From assembly GCA_001179505.1 (NCBI GenBank), contig CDMY01000708.1, positions 62,001 to 126,000 of the forward strand: a DNA stretch of 64,000 nt, read 5' to 3'. The DNA comes from Vitrella brassicaformis CCMP3155. Its lineage: Eukaryota; Protista; Chromerida. The translations under genes were made by a program, and so were the position numbers. The notes under the pieces are model-generated. The model worked only from the letters and a program-made list of their open reading frames with translations. It did not search any database and had not been told where the DNA came from. Shown one piece after another: positions 1-12,286 of this stretch; position 1 is the stretch's first letter; every line of letters begins with the position of its first letter.

Positions 1-787
1 TGAATGAATGCCTCACTCACTCATCCAAAACATCCATCGATCACGTCGTCTGTCTGTCCCTCTGGCATGACATGTCTGAGTGATCATTCAACAACACGCA
101 CGCACCATGGAACATGTAACATAACATCAACCTGTCTGTCCTATATATGGCACATCAAAAATGACTGCAACCGACGCGTCTGTAGCCATTACAAAATACC
201 ACCCCACCCCACCACCCTGCCCCAACGCCCGCTCGTTCAATTGAGTGACACGCATGGAAGCGCCTACATACGCACACAGACACACAGACACAAAGATGGA
301 TAGATAGGGAGATAGATAGGTGCCGACCTGAGATGACCTGCACAAACATGCGGCGATATTATATAATATTATGATGCAATGATGCAATGATGAAAAGGTA
401 TAAAAACCCAGACAAGCAGACAGGCACATAGACAGACAGACGGACAGACAGACAGGCAGACAGACGAGAACAGTGCCGCACCGCACCACATACCCAGCCG
501 GATCGACGGGGCGGCCGGACTAACTAACCCACCCACAAAACCCGCCATTAGAGCTGTCTATCGGGTGGGCAAAAGGAATACATAATTGCAGACAGGCACA
601 TCGAATCGAAATAGATGGATGGATGCACTGGCCGACTACGTAAACCCCCCCTACCCTCCCCTTCCCCACCCACAACCCATCTTCATTACTGACCTGCCTG
701 CCTGCGTAAATGGATCAACATGTGACTGACCAACACACCCCTTCGACCGCAAAAAGCCTCACACAGACAGCCCCCCTCCATGCTCGT

Positions 788-3700
788 CTACCTTTCTGGT
801 TCTGGCTCTGGCCGCGCCGCCACGAGAGACTCCAGCACTGTGCTCAGCCGACTCACCAAGTCGCTCGCCTCCTCCGCACTGGACGACTCAGTAGTCTCGG
901 CGGCATCCGATGAAGCCGACGTGTCGACGTCCACCAAAACCTCCTCGATGAGCGTCCGCAGCGTCTCAGCACGGGCAGCCACCTCCTCCTCACTCTCCGC
1001 CTCCAGCAGCTGCTCAAACCGCTCGTTCAACACGGCGAGCGTCGTTTCGTTGGATGAGGTGTCGTTGGCATAGGGCGAGAAGAGTGCCCCGAACAGTGCG
1101 ATGCTCTGGGGGTCGACATCGTCGGATGCGGGTGAGTCGACTGCCTCCTCGATAGAGGCGTTGAGCGCCTGGATCTCCCGCCAGAAGAGCTGCAGCTGCC
1201 TGCCGAGCAGAGACAGGTTCGCGTTGGTGACGTCCTGGGCGATCTGGTCGGTCTCGCCACGGTCGGGTAGAAAGCTCACATTGGCCGACGGCGAGAAGTC
1301 CACTGCGAACGGGCTGCCCGTCGCGTTGCCCGTCTCCTCCTGGAGCAGCGCATTCATCCGATCGACCACCTCGGGATACCGCTGCTGGAACTCGTCAAGT
1401 AGCATGTTCAGACGGTCGACGGTCGCAGCGTCCTCAGCGTCCGTGTCGAGCGGGATCCGCTGTGCCGGGAAGCGCCCGTTGAAGTCCTCCAGCAGCTGTT
1501 CAAGCCGCACCAGCTCCGAAGCGGCGTCACTTGACTCCTCATTGTCTTCATCGGCTTCGGATGCGGCTTCGGATTCAGGCCTGCCGCGGGCCTCTGCGCG
1601 GGCAGAGACGGAGGTCGGACTCTCTCCATCCCCCTCCCCCTCTCCCTCTCCCTGTCCCTCTCCCTCTCCCTGTCTATCGGTCTCGACCTCGTCGAGGATG
1701 TCCTCCAGCCGCTGGACGATCTCGTCCCCCTCGGGACCGGTGAGGTCGGCTGCCGTGGAGCCATTGCGTTGCCTCACGTCCGTCAGCAGATTCAGCACTC
1801 GAGTGAGACGCGCGTCGAGGGAGAGGCCGGCGTCTGCGTTAGCGTCTGTGCCATTGCCCCTGGCAGAGGTCGTGGGCTGTTCCTGCTCCTCATCGTCATT
1901 GGCACCAGAGGGGGCCTCAGTGCTGCTGGTGGTGGTGCTGGTGCTGGCGGTAGTGTCTTCTCCCTCCTCGGTTGCCGGCGGTGAGGTGGCTTCTGCCGGC
2001 AGCTGGTCGCGCAGCTGCTGCAGCAGCTCCACCAGCCGATTAAGAAGGACCTCGTTGTCGTCGGCTGCCGTCACGTTGCTGGCGGACGTCTGCGCAGTGG
2101 GGCCCTCCGTCGTGGTTGTGTTGCTGCCGTCGCTGCCATTGCCGCCTCCAGGACGGAACACTGACCCATCAGGTCGGAAGTAGCTGTAGTAAGGGTCCAG
2201 GCCATCACCTGACCCGTCTGAGCCAGCCGAGGCGGAGGCGGTCGTGGTGGCGGGCCCACTCGACCCTGGAGCGGCCGTGGTGGTGGTGGAGTCCGTTGTG
2301 CCGCTAGTGCTTGAGGCGGGGCCAGAAGTCGTTGGTGCTGCTGAAGTGGTGCTGGTGCTGGTGCTGGTACTTGTGCCTCCACTGGCAATATACTCACGTA
2401 GCCGAGCCTGCGTCTCTGGCGGCAGCTGGCTGACCACCTGTGGGGGGAGTCTGGCGAGGTTCTCAGGGGTGGGGTTGGCGAGGATATCTGGTGGCACCTG
2501 CGCAAGGACCTCCGGCGGGATCTCCACACCCGCCGGAGCCGCACCGCCGGCAGAGGCAGAGGCTGGGAGGGTGTCGGAAAGGACCGCCTCTTGCTCACCC
2601 TGCACATCTCGCACCCGGGGGCCGCCCCCGCCGGCTGCCGTCTCCTGGGGTGGTGCATCTGGTGCGACCCCGGCCTGCGTGGCGTCGCAGCAGTTGAGTC
2701 GGAAGCACACACCCGGCAATTGCACGGCCCGCTCGCTGCCCGGGCATCCGCAGTCGACGTAGCACCAATTGCTGGTCCGTGTGCGGGGGTCGCCCGTGAC
2801 GTATGAGGCGCAGGACGCCCCTTGCCTGAATTGGTTGACGACGCCGAGGCAGCGGCACCTGGGGGAGCACGCTGGGCCAGCTGCGGCGACCTGGAGAGCA
2901 CGGGAAGGGGTAGAGGAGTCTGAAACCATATATACCACACAGTCAACAAAGGAGAAATGGTGGCAGGCAGGCTCCTCTGATCGTTTCTCTTTCCCACCTG
3001 GCCTGAGCTGCCGCCGCAGACTCCCATTGTCGCCGCCCAGCCGTTCCAGCAGCTCCTCAATGAGGTCAGAGGCCTCCTGAAGCAGCTCGGCCGGGGTCGG
3101 CTCACTCTCCGTCTCGTTGCCACCACCACGTTCACTCTCTGGGGAAGCCGTCACTTGCCCCCCCTCCTCAGTCACGCCGTCAGCCAGATCGTTCCCGATA
3201 GGTGTGCCGTCGCGCCTGTAGTAGGAAAATTCACCCTCGTCCTCTGCTTGTTGTGGGCCGTCACTCCCCGCTCCTGGCGCAGTTGTCCGGGAGCGGACAC
3301 GTGGTCTCGGGGGAGGTGGGGGTGGTGACTGCTCAACGGGTTGGGTGCCGTTGTTAAGGGGCGCACCGCTGCTCTGCGGCTCTGGTGTGGTGCAGCAGTC
3401 GTATGCGACGCATGTGTTGCGGATCTGCAGAGACCGGATGGCACTCGGACACGCGCAGCTCACGTAACACCATGGCTGTATTAGAACACACGCAAAGCAA
3501 CGAAACGCCAAGACGATGGTCCAGTCCACGGATGTTGGTTGCATGTGTGTGTGTGTGTGTGTGTACCGATGAGAGGCTTCTGGGGTCTGCTGTGATGGCC
3601 CTGGTGCAGTTGCGGCCCTGCCCAAAGACGTTGGCCACCCCCAGGCAGCCACACATAGGGCTGCACATGTCAGTACCACTAGGAGCGGCCGCCACCTGCA

Positions 3701-3946
3701 GCCGGCGGACGGAGGGGTGCCATAATTCTGAAAAGCCTGACACACAGCCACACACACCGACAGAGAAGAATCATTGAGCAAGAATGCACCCGATGACGCC
3801 ATCTCTCTCTCTCTCTCCTCACCGTCACGGCTTGTTCCATCATGTCTGTCAGATGCGATAGGCTGCCTCTGTTCCCGCAGGCAGATCAGCAGCACCAACA
3901 CTGCCGCGGCACAGCACAGGCTCCATGCGATCAGCCGCTGAAGCAT
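788..3946 (-). CDS. Secreted or membrane-anchored protein with two Cys-rich kringle-like (WCYV) modules, Thr/Ser-rich linkers and a C-terminal acidic region of repeated xRLxxLL helices (about 4 exons)
   Basis: ATG 3946 with hydrophobic leader MLQRLIAWSLCCAAAVLVLLICL. After splicing, module 1 reads RRLQVAAA..CSPMCGCLGVANVFGQGRNC..ADPR..PWCYVSCAC..TCVAYDCC and module 2 reads RALQVAAA..CSPRCRCLGVVNQFRQGASC..GDPR..NWCYVDCGC..VCFRLNCC. Long final exon to stop at 788. Confidence 0.75.
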   Translation of the reverse strand: MLQRLIAWSLCCAAAVLVLLICLREQRQPIASDRHDGTSRDGEEREREMASSGAFLLNDSSLSVCVAVCQAFQNYGTPPSAGCRWRPLLVVLTCAALCVAAWGWPTSLGRAATAPGPSQQTPEASHRYTHTHTHMQPTSVDWTIVLAFRCFACVLIQPWCYVSCACPSAIRSLQIRNTCVAYDCCTTPEPQSSGAPLNNGTQPVEQSPPPPPPRPRVRSRTTAPGAGSDGPQQAEDEGEFSYYRRDGTPIGNDLADGVTEEGGQVTASPESERGGGNETESEPTPAELLQEASDLIEELLERLGGDNGSLRRQLRPGGKEKRSEEPACHHFSFVDCVVYMVSDSSTPSRALQVAAAGPACSPRCRCLGVVNQFRQGASCASYVTGDPRTRTSNWCYVDCGCPGSERAVQLPGVCFRLNCCDATQAGVAPDAPPQETAAGGGGPRVRDVQGEQEAVLSDTLPASASAGGAAPAGVEIPPEVLAQVPPDILANPTPENLARLPPQVVSQLPPETQARLREYIASGGTSTSTSTSTTSAAPTTSGPASSTSGTTDSTTTTAAPGSSGPATTTASASAGSDGSGDGLDPYYSYFRPDGSVFRPGGGNGSDGSNTTTTEGPTAQTSASNVTAADDNEVLLNRLVELLQQLRDQLPAEATSPPATEEGEDTTASTSTTTSSTEAPSGANDDEEQEQPTTSARGNGTDANADAGLSLDARLTRVLNLLTDVRQRNGSTAADLTGPEGDEIVQRLEDILDEVETDRQGEGEGQGEGEGEGDGESPTSVSARAEARGRPESEAASEADEDNEESSDAASELVRLEQLLEDFNGRFPAQRIPLDTDAEDAATVDRLNMLLDEFQQRYPEVVDRMNALLQEETGNATGSPFAVDFSPSANVSFLPDRGETDQIAQDVTNANLSLLGRQLQLFWREIQALNASIEEAVDSPASDDVDPQSIALFGALFSPYANDTSSNETTLAVLNERFEQLLEAESEEEVAARAETLRTLIEEVLVDVDTSASSDAAETTESSSAEEASDLVSRLSTVLESLVAARPEPEPER

Positions 3947-5477
3947 TGCGGACGCTAGACGGTGCGGCGATGAGTGGAGAGCCCTCCAAGGGCATTCAGC
4001 ATCAAGGTGCCTTGCTTGTCTGTTGCGATCGATACGATGAAATCAGCAAAATTGATGCTACAAAATGACTGTGGACCTCCCTTCCTTCAACCTTCTCAGA
4101 GCCGCTCTCAGACAGATCTGTTTCACGGCATTCCCAGCTCGCAGTTGCCTTTCCCCCATCGCCTTCCCCAACACTCGGTCTCTTCCCCCTCTCTCCTCCC
4201 CCGTTCGAGATGATGCAGATGCCGTTTATGCGTGCTCCGCCCAAGGAGTACCTGTCGCCCAAGTGGAAGGCCATCTGTCGGGCGGCGGGGTTCGTCGTCG
4301 CTGCGCTTGCCATCGCCCAATTCGGACACCTCGCTGACATGCCCGAGAACCCAAAATACGTCTGACTGACTCAACGAGCGGCCATGAGATCATGATGATG
4401 CGCGACGAAGATCTGGTGGCTGGTGCTTTCTTGTCGATGCATTGGCAACCAGAAGCTGCTGCTGCTGCTGCGGACGGAGGGTTGTCAGAGATGGAGGGTC
4501 GGCAGAGATGGTGCAAGTGTTATTTCGGTGATAGGCTTGCTGCTGGTGCCTTGTCGTATTGAGTATGTGATGAGTTCTCTTGAGCTGTGTGACTGTGCGG
4601 CTCAGAGTGGTGTGTGGCTCAGAGCGTGCACACTTGCACAGCACCAGAGAACTCACCACAGACTCACAGTGACGATTGGTGCTGGTTTGATTCATGCTGT
4701 ATGGGGCCTGTACAGTGAGTGGGTTTGGTTCGTGCCTCTGCGTGTGTGAGAGTATTGAAGTGAGACAAAGACGATGGGTCGATTTGACAGACGGCAGCAG
4801 TGGCATGCGTCCACTGCACTCATGCAGACAGAGAGTCACTCACTGCCCCCTGAAGGAAGGCAGTCTTGGCCTTTTTGCGTGAGCAAAGCTCGGCTCAGAA
4901 GCTCCATTCAGGCAGAGCAGACCACCCATAGCAATGGGGCTTCTTCATTCACAGACCACCACAAAGGCACAGACAGGCGACGGAACTCAATGCGGGTATG
5001 CGATGTGACACAGCACCATGTCGCTTCAGTCCACCAGACTGACACACACACGCCCAACACATGCCCATCCTCAACGAACAGCCAGACCCTACGGCTCCTC
5101 TTTTAGTCTTTCTCACCATGTGCTCTCTCCTCCTATCATTCTTCGGTGTTGTTGGTTGGCGGCCTATAGGTAGGAGCAGGCCTGTGAGTAGGCTTGTGCT
5201 ATGGGCTGCTGTTGGCCGCATCGGCCTTGTAGACAGGGTCGGCAGGTGGGTGAAAAGCCTCATCGTCACCGTGACTGGCGGGGAGAGGGAAAGCCAGGAT
5301 GGTATTGCCCCTGCCATGACGATGGCCCCTGCTGCTGCTGCTGCTGCTGCTGCTGATGCTGGAGTCGACAATCTGCACGGATTAACACCAAACACACAGG
5401 CCCTCACTCCCTCGCACTGCAATGGGGGCCGCTGTGGCGACCTCGTCCGGCATCAGCGCATGCATGTGTCTGCATAC

Positions 5478-5594
5478 CTTGTTGTTGGTGCTGGTGAACG
5501 GCAGCCTTGATACGGAGAAAGCGGCCGCCGTGCCCAGGACAGCGACAAAGACAGCGATGAGGGCAAACAGCTTCCGGTAGCAGAAGGGGGGCAT
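5478..5594 (-). CDS. Putative first exon of a secreted or plastid-targeted hypothetical protein; downstream exons toward about 4200 not resolved
   Basis: MPPFCYRKLFALIAVFVAVLGTAAA-FSVSRLPFTSTNNK followed by a GTATGC donor. Signal peptide ending AAA-F with a Ser/Thr-rich stretch resembles complex-plastid bipartite leaders. Confidence 0.35.
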
Positions 5595-5923
5595 GGACAA
5601 TCTCACTGGGAACACACAAACCTATGTGGGGCAGCCTTGTGGACGGTTGTCACAGCCCTTGGGAGAAGGAGAAGGAAAGTGCTGCGAGATAAGATCGCAG
5701 ATGTGGGGGGCGGCGTGGGGGCGTGAGTGTGAGAGGGAGCCCCTCGGACCATAGGCCTTAAGACCTACCACATCGCATCGCGGTTGCATCCTGACCTTCC
5801 CGTCAGCTCCCTTGGCCGGGCACCATACTGACCGCAGGCCGTGCGTGTGAGCCGCCCGGGCCAGCCCTCCCTTCACCGACTCGCCCCGTCTGACCCCTCT
5901 CGACTCATACAGGCGTTCTGAAA

Positions 5924-7583
5924 ATGTCTCAGAAGCTCTCGTTTGACCAGTTCGAATTCAAAAAGACCCTGGGGACGGGTGAGCAGAAGCAGGAATGGCG
6001 TAATTGCATGACGCTGAGTGTGTTGTGTATGTGGGTTGTGGCTGCATGTGGTCATGCACAGGTTCGTTTGGTCGGGTGTTTCTGGCCAAGTGGAAGGGCG
6101 ATGCCAACAAGGACCCGGTGGCCATCAAGCGGCTAAAGAAGGCGGCTGTCATCCGCCAGAAGCAGGTCGACCACATCAACAGCGAGAAGAGCATCCTCGC
6201 AGCACTCGACCACCCATTCATCGTACGTAGCACACCCACAACCATCCCCACCCCACTGCAGCCTCCCTCCCTCCCTCCCTCCCTGCCACTGTGCGTGTCC
6301 ACTAGGTGAACATGCACGGGGTGTTCCACGACCCGAGGTATCTGTACATTGTGATGGAGTACGTCGTGGGCGGCGAGTTCTTCACACACCTCCGCAAGAC
6401 CGGCCGCTTCGAAAACGACACCTCGCGCTTCTACGCCGGCATCGTCACGGCCATCTTCGACTACCTCCATGGAAAAAATATCATCTACAGGTGCGGTGCG
6501 CTCTCCTTATATATCGAGACACCACACCCACAGACAGAGAAAGGCGGAGAGGGGGAGAGATCCATCTATCATGCCGTCGGTGGTCTCTCTCTGTGTGTGC
6601 TATGCTATAAGGGACCTGAAGCCGGAGAACATTTTGATCAACCGCGACGGGTACCTGAAGCTGACGGATTTCGGGTTTGCCAAGATCATCGAGTTCCGCA
6701 CCTACACACTCTGCGGCACACCAGAATACATCGCACCTGAGGTCCTACTCAACAAAGGTAAGCACACACTGACTAGACTGACTGCATCAGACAGACACCC
6801 ACCCCACAGTGCACGGACGCACCGCATAAATAAGGTGTCTGCCTCCCTGTGTGTGTTGTGTTGTGTTATGGTGTATGTGTGTGAAGGTCACGGCAAGCCT
6901 GTGGATTGGTGGACGTTGGGCATTCTGATCTACGAGATGCTGGTGGGCTACCCGCCCTTCGTCGACGAGGATCCCATGGGCATCTACCAAAAGATTCTCG
7001 CGGGCAAAATCGTCTTCCCCAAATTCATTGACAAGTAGTCATGCCTTCACCCCACACACATACACATACAAAGAGAGACAAAGAGACAGAGACTAAGAGA
7101 GACCTCCCCATCTGTCCATCTGTGTGTGGCTTGTCTGTCCCCAGAAATGCCAAGTCTCTGATCAAGAAGCTGTTGACGGCTGACCTGGGGAAGCGGTACG
7201 GCAACTTGAAGGCAGGTGTGGAGGACATCAAGAAGCACAAGTGGTTCACGGGCTTCTCCTTCGAGGACCTCCTCGCCAAACGCATACCCGCACCATCCAA
7301 ACCTGTCGTCAAGGTCAAGCAAACCCACAGACAGTCCCCTCAAGCACACATAGAGACATGCACAGACAGACAGACTGACAGACAGAGAGAGAGACACAGG
7401 GAGGGGAGAAGGCGGACGGGGTGGCGAGTGGTAGAGGTGCACACAGATGGATGGATGGATGGATGTTGTGTGCATTGCTTCATTCAGAGCAAGGACGACA
7501 CGTCGAACTTCGAGGATTACCCGGACAGCGAAGACATTCCGCCTGCCATATCCGCCTCCAGCGACCCATTCGTCGACTGGTGA
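5924..7583 (+). CDS. PKAc: cAMP-dependent protein kinase catalytic subunit (7 exons)
   Basis: [46 protein letters not shown], and AGC C-tail SNFEDYPD...DPFVDW*. GT-AG introns in consistent phase. Confidence 0.97.
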
Positions 7584-8560
7584 TCCATCCATCCATCCAT
7601 CTGGCCATCCAGCTATCTATCCATCGGCTGATTGATGCATCCCATGAACACACCACACCACACATGGGTTGAACGGCTAACTAGGTGCAGAAGGTGCTGT
7701 GCGCATGATGTAGTGTTTGTGCTGTCGTGCTATGACATACAATCAATGATCGATGTCCCGTGGGGTGGCTGTTGCTTTGCGGCCTGCCTGCCTGCCTGCC
7801 TGTTTGCCTTTATTTGTCTGGCTGAGCGTTCGTTGATAGCTAGCTAGCTGATTGGGGGACGAATAGAGCCCCCGGCCCCCTTGACAGCCTTATAACACGA
7901 GTGCCTGCTGACTAGCTGACATTCCACCAGCCACTGATGAATGAATGGCTCAGCCGAACAACACAACACACGCACAGGGCTGTCCTGTGGACACACACGT
8001 TGATATAATAAAGCCGCATCGATCGCATGCACATACATCTGAGTAGTTGGTGGGTCCATTACGTACGTCACGCCTTCCGTCAACTTAAAGCTAGGCATCG
8101 AGAGAGAGAGGCATCATATGCACAACACAAAATGTAGGCAGGCGGTCTGCACACGCATACAAACATTATAGACAGACAGATAGCCTCCGTTGATTGACTG
8201 GCGTGCACTGCACCAGACAGACAGACAGACAGCCCACTCACCTCACGCACCCATCCCACCCACCCATACTTCACATGACTGACACCAGCGATCGTGTGAA
8301 GGCAGCTGGCCAGCCAGCTAGGCAGAGCAATGAACACAACACACACACACACACATACACACACATACGCAAAGAGGTCCCCATTGCAAGGCAAACAACA
8401 CAAGGCAACAACTATCGCACCAAGCTATTGACAGAGAGGGAGAGGGAGAGAGAGAGAGAGAGACGGGGAAATAAATACAAAAACCCCAGACAGACAGAAT
8501 GAGCACACGAGTGCTCATTCCTGTCGGCCAGTCTGTGAGTCTGCGAGGTCTGTCTGTCTG

Positions 8561-10651
8561 TCATTCCTCCTCCTCTTGGTAAGGGAAGCTGGCCCTCTGT
8601 TCGACGTAGGGGACCCGTGGGTTGGGCTGCAGCATGTAGGCGCCCTCGCCCTCGGCGTCCTTGTTGCGGTTCACACACCACACTACCACACCTATGATCA
8701 ACTGCATTGCAGCACACATCAATTAGCACACACAAACAGAGAGAGGCAGACAGACAGACACGTGTGTGCGGTGCGGTCCTTGAGCTGACCACCATGAGCA
8801 CGACGATGCCTGCTACAAGCGACACGATCGCCGCCCAACCCATATTGTAGCGACTCTGCACACACCCATACTATAGAGATCACGTCTCTCTCTCCCTATA
8901 TCTCTGTCTGTGTGTCCGACTGACCTTGCTGACGTTTCCTGGCAGCTCGGACACTAGCAGGCCGGAGGCCACGTATCTTGACGTCACCTTTGTCAGCGGC
9001 TGGGCGTTGCGCGAGGCCCCCTCACTGTTCTGGATCTCACGATAGTTGCCATTGCTCCCTGCCATGCCATGCCCACACGCAACGCAAGACACGCACAGCA
9101 CAGCACAGCACAGAGGATGGAGAAACAAATGCGTGGATTGCGGCAGGTAGGTACCCAGGCAGGTAGGCACCTACCCTACCTGGGTATGCGAGTGCGCTCT
9201 TCCAGACGTCCAGCTGCGCCTTCTTGGCGAACAGGGGGTCCTTCATGACAAACCTGACTCACACAGACACACACACACACAGACCGTGTTTATGGCACCG
9301 TCGATGCGGTGTGTGCATCGCATCGCATCGACGTGCGCTGCGCACCATTCGACGGTTTCTGAGCAAGGCGGTGTGGTGAGTGAGCCCTTGTAGTTGTAGA
9401 ATATGTCGGTGTCGCTGATGAGGTTGTTGAGGTCAAACTGCTCAAAGTTGACGTTCACCTCAACCTCAGCACCAGACTCAGGCAACGGCTGCACAAAACA
9501 CACGTCCAGAGAGGATGGATGGATGGACAGATGGACGAACGGCAGGGAAGGTACGCCTTTCTTTCACACACGCCCCGCACCTCACCTTTTGGCCCAGGAA
9601 TGTGAGCAGTGGGTGTGCGGCTGTCGCCCCGCTGGATGTGAAGGTCACTGACACTACCGCTGCCGCACCCTCCTTATTGAGGTGCAACAGGTGCATCTGA
9701 TTACCATACGCAGTTTTTACCCAGCCAGCCATGCACACATCACATGTATCTATGCGTCTGTCTGTGTTTCTCTCTGCTGGCCCTGCGCATCCATCGCATC
9801 TAGGTCACCTACCTCTAGTTCTCTGTGCTTGGTGGGCCCCCCGAATGTGTGTTCGGTGGGTGCGTGGAAGTGCAACTGCTCCAGCACATACTCGGCACCC
9901 GCAAACGTCAGATTGCCGAAAATAAGACCCGTCGCCTTCACCTGATCACATGATCACACACATGCGACCACACACAAGAGAGAGGCCATCTTTCTCTGTC
10001 TGTCTGTCTGCATACAGTGTGTGTGTGAGTGAGTGTGTTGTGTGTGGGCACCTCGAGAGTGTGTCCGTTGTTGAGGAATATGACCTTGGCGGGCGGCTTG
10101 TAGCTGTACTGGAAGGTCTTGTCCATCGTCATGGCCTTGCTGTCGTCGCTGTGTCATCACATACATCATGCCACACAAACCAAAATACACACACCACCCA
10201 TGAGTTCCATGGTTGCTTCCTCCTGCCCTGATCCATTCATCCATCCATCCATCCATCCAACCATCCTACACATTGATAGGGCTCTGCCTCGCCGTGTTGC
10301 CGCATTGCCCGATGTTGGTCCAATCTGCGCCCTACAAAATGAATGCACACAGATCATATCACTGACCATGGTGTCATGCAAGCAGCGCAGCCTCCTCACC
10401 TGTCGGCCGTAATCCCAGTGCGGCATCTGTGTCGGCGCAGGCGTCGTAGTGGTTGTGGTTGTGGTTGTGGTTGTTGTTGTGCTAGTTGTTGTGGGAGGCT
10501 TTGTTGTGGTGGTACTTGTGCTGGTGGCTGGCGGCTTTGTTGTCTGTGTCTGATTGGACTGGGTACCGCCAACACGCGGTGCGTCTATGAGGAGAATGGC
10601 GAGGGCAGCCAGGGTTGCCCTGGCGAGGGATCCGCTGCACAGCCACGCCAT
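8561..10651 (-). CDS. Alpha-carbonic anhydrase, type I membrane protein (signal peptide, Thr-rich stalk, CA domain, TM helix, acidic tail)
   Basis: HWDYG, QSPINV, NNGHTLE, QLHFHAPTEH, ELEMHLLH, YKGSLTTPPCSETVEW, GNYREIQ. TM MGWAAIVSLVAGIVVLMLIIGVVVWCV. Tail ...YVEQRASFPYQEEEE*. Confidence 0.93.
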
Positions 10652-11534
10652 TGCGGATAAATTACGATGGATGAATGGAAAACGCGTCGAGGGAGAAAGG
10701 CCGAGCTTGGAGGGTTTTTGGTGCGTGCTGCCCTAAGCGGGTGCAGAGACTGTTTGACTTGATGTCATTCATTGTCGTCTGTGCAAACTCATGATGAGGC
10801 GGTTACTGCAGCCGCTGCCTGCATATATGGAGGCATACCGCCGCGGTGCGGTGCACACATCGTTACTGTACAAATCGGTACGTACGCCTCACTCTCTCTC
10901 ACTCACACACACACACACACACTACAATATGCACTCACGCTCTCTCCCTTCTCTCTGTCCAGAAAAGGTGAAAGCAAATCAAAGGGGCGCGTCAAAAACC
11001 CGCTGTGCTCACTCGTCTGTCTGGCCTCTCTAGCGGCTGCAGGCAGTGGATGACTGCATTCCACACAGCACACCGACTCAGCTCAACCTCACTGCGCTGC
11101 ACTCATCCATCCATCCATCTGCTTAGTTACGTCGTATCTACAAGCTGTCTTCGTCTTCCATCGCGATGGCATTAGGCAGGCAGGCAGGCGCGTTTGCATA
11201 TGCATGACGAGCTTGGGCAGTCGCCGGAGAGGCTGCAGGCAATGGATTGCCGAGCCCACTGCCTGCAGCCTCTCCGTCGAGTCGTGCAGCCCGTCGTGCC
11301 CATGGACGCTCATACACTAAGCGGCCGGCCGACATACGAAAGTGAAAAGACCGTCGAGGGGCGGGCCAGAGAGGGATGCAGGGAGGGAGGGAGGGACCAA
11401 TACGCACATCTGACTGACCTCCCTGGCTGCCCAATCCCGCCTCAATTCCCTCTCACTCACTCCATTATCTCGCTTAGAATACACACACATGGTGCACAGG
11501 TTCTTCGTACACACAGACACACGGGTGCATCTAT

Positions 11535-12249
11535 CTATCTGGGTGTCCATCTGGAGGGCTCTTCGGGTTCTTTTTCGGGTTCAGTCTCCTCCTCGGGCTT
11601 CTCGCGCTCGAAATCTCGGTCGCTGAACACTCGCCTTTACCACACAGCACAGAGACACAGACAATGCTGCAAGCCGTGTGTGTCCATAGGCAGGGAGGGC
11701 TGACCTGAGGCTCATGATGGAGAGGTCCTCCATGTTTTGTATCTGCAGGTCGGCAAGCTTCAGCTCCCACTGCGAGTAGCCACCCGTGTTGACCGCCGCT
11801 ATCGCCTTCATCTGCACGTCGTGGGCCGCCACTACCGCTGAACGAACGTCACAGACACACAGGCAGATAGATGCACATGTGCAATGTACCAGACATCCTG
11901 TCCTGTCCGCCTGATTGATCTTCCTCACGCACCCTTGGGCGAGTCGACGAACACGGCACACCTATCTGGCGAGCGCATCATCTTCTGCGCCGCGTGCAGG
12001 TAGGCCTGCTCGTGCCAATTCAGACCCACATGGCCGTCGTCCAGACTGACAAGACAAACACACTCAGGTCAAACCATTGATGGATGACCACCTGTGGGTC
12101 CTGTGGGTGGGTGGGGGTGGGTGAGATTGCTGACCAGCTGACGATGGTGTCGTCGAAGTACAGGTCTCTTGGGACACCTGCCCTTCCCAACACATCCACC
12201 ACCTGGTCGTAACGCAGCCGAGTCGAGAACACTCCACAGGGCACCCTGT

Positions 12250-12286
<37 letters not shown>

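Noticed and set aside
1101-2183. Long antisense ORFs (also 17990-18523, 33566-34093, 49382-50419, 50634-51407, 55253-55852)
   Set aside because: Shadows of GC-rich coding exons on the opposite strand, with Ser/Arg-rich nonsense translations.
4002-5420. Several possible minus-strand exons downstream of the putative plastid leader at 5594
   Set aside because: No single consistent reading frame could be assembled by hand, so no product was called.
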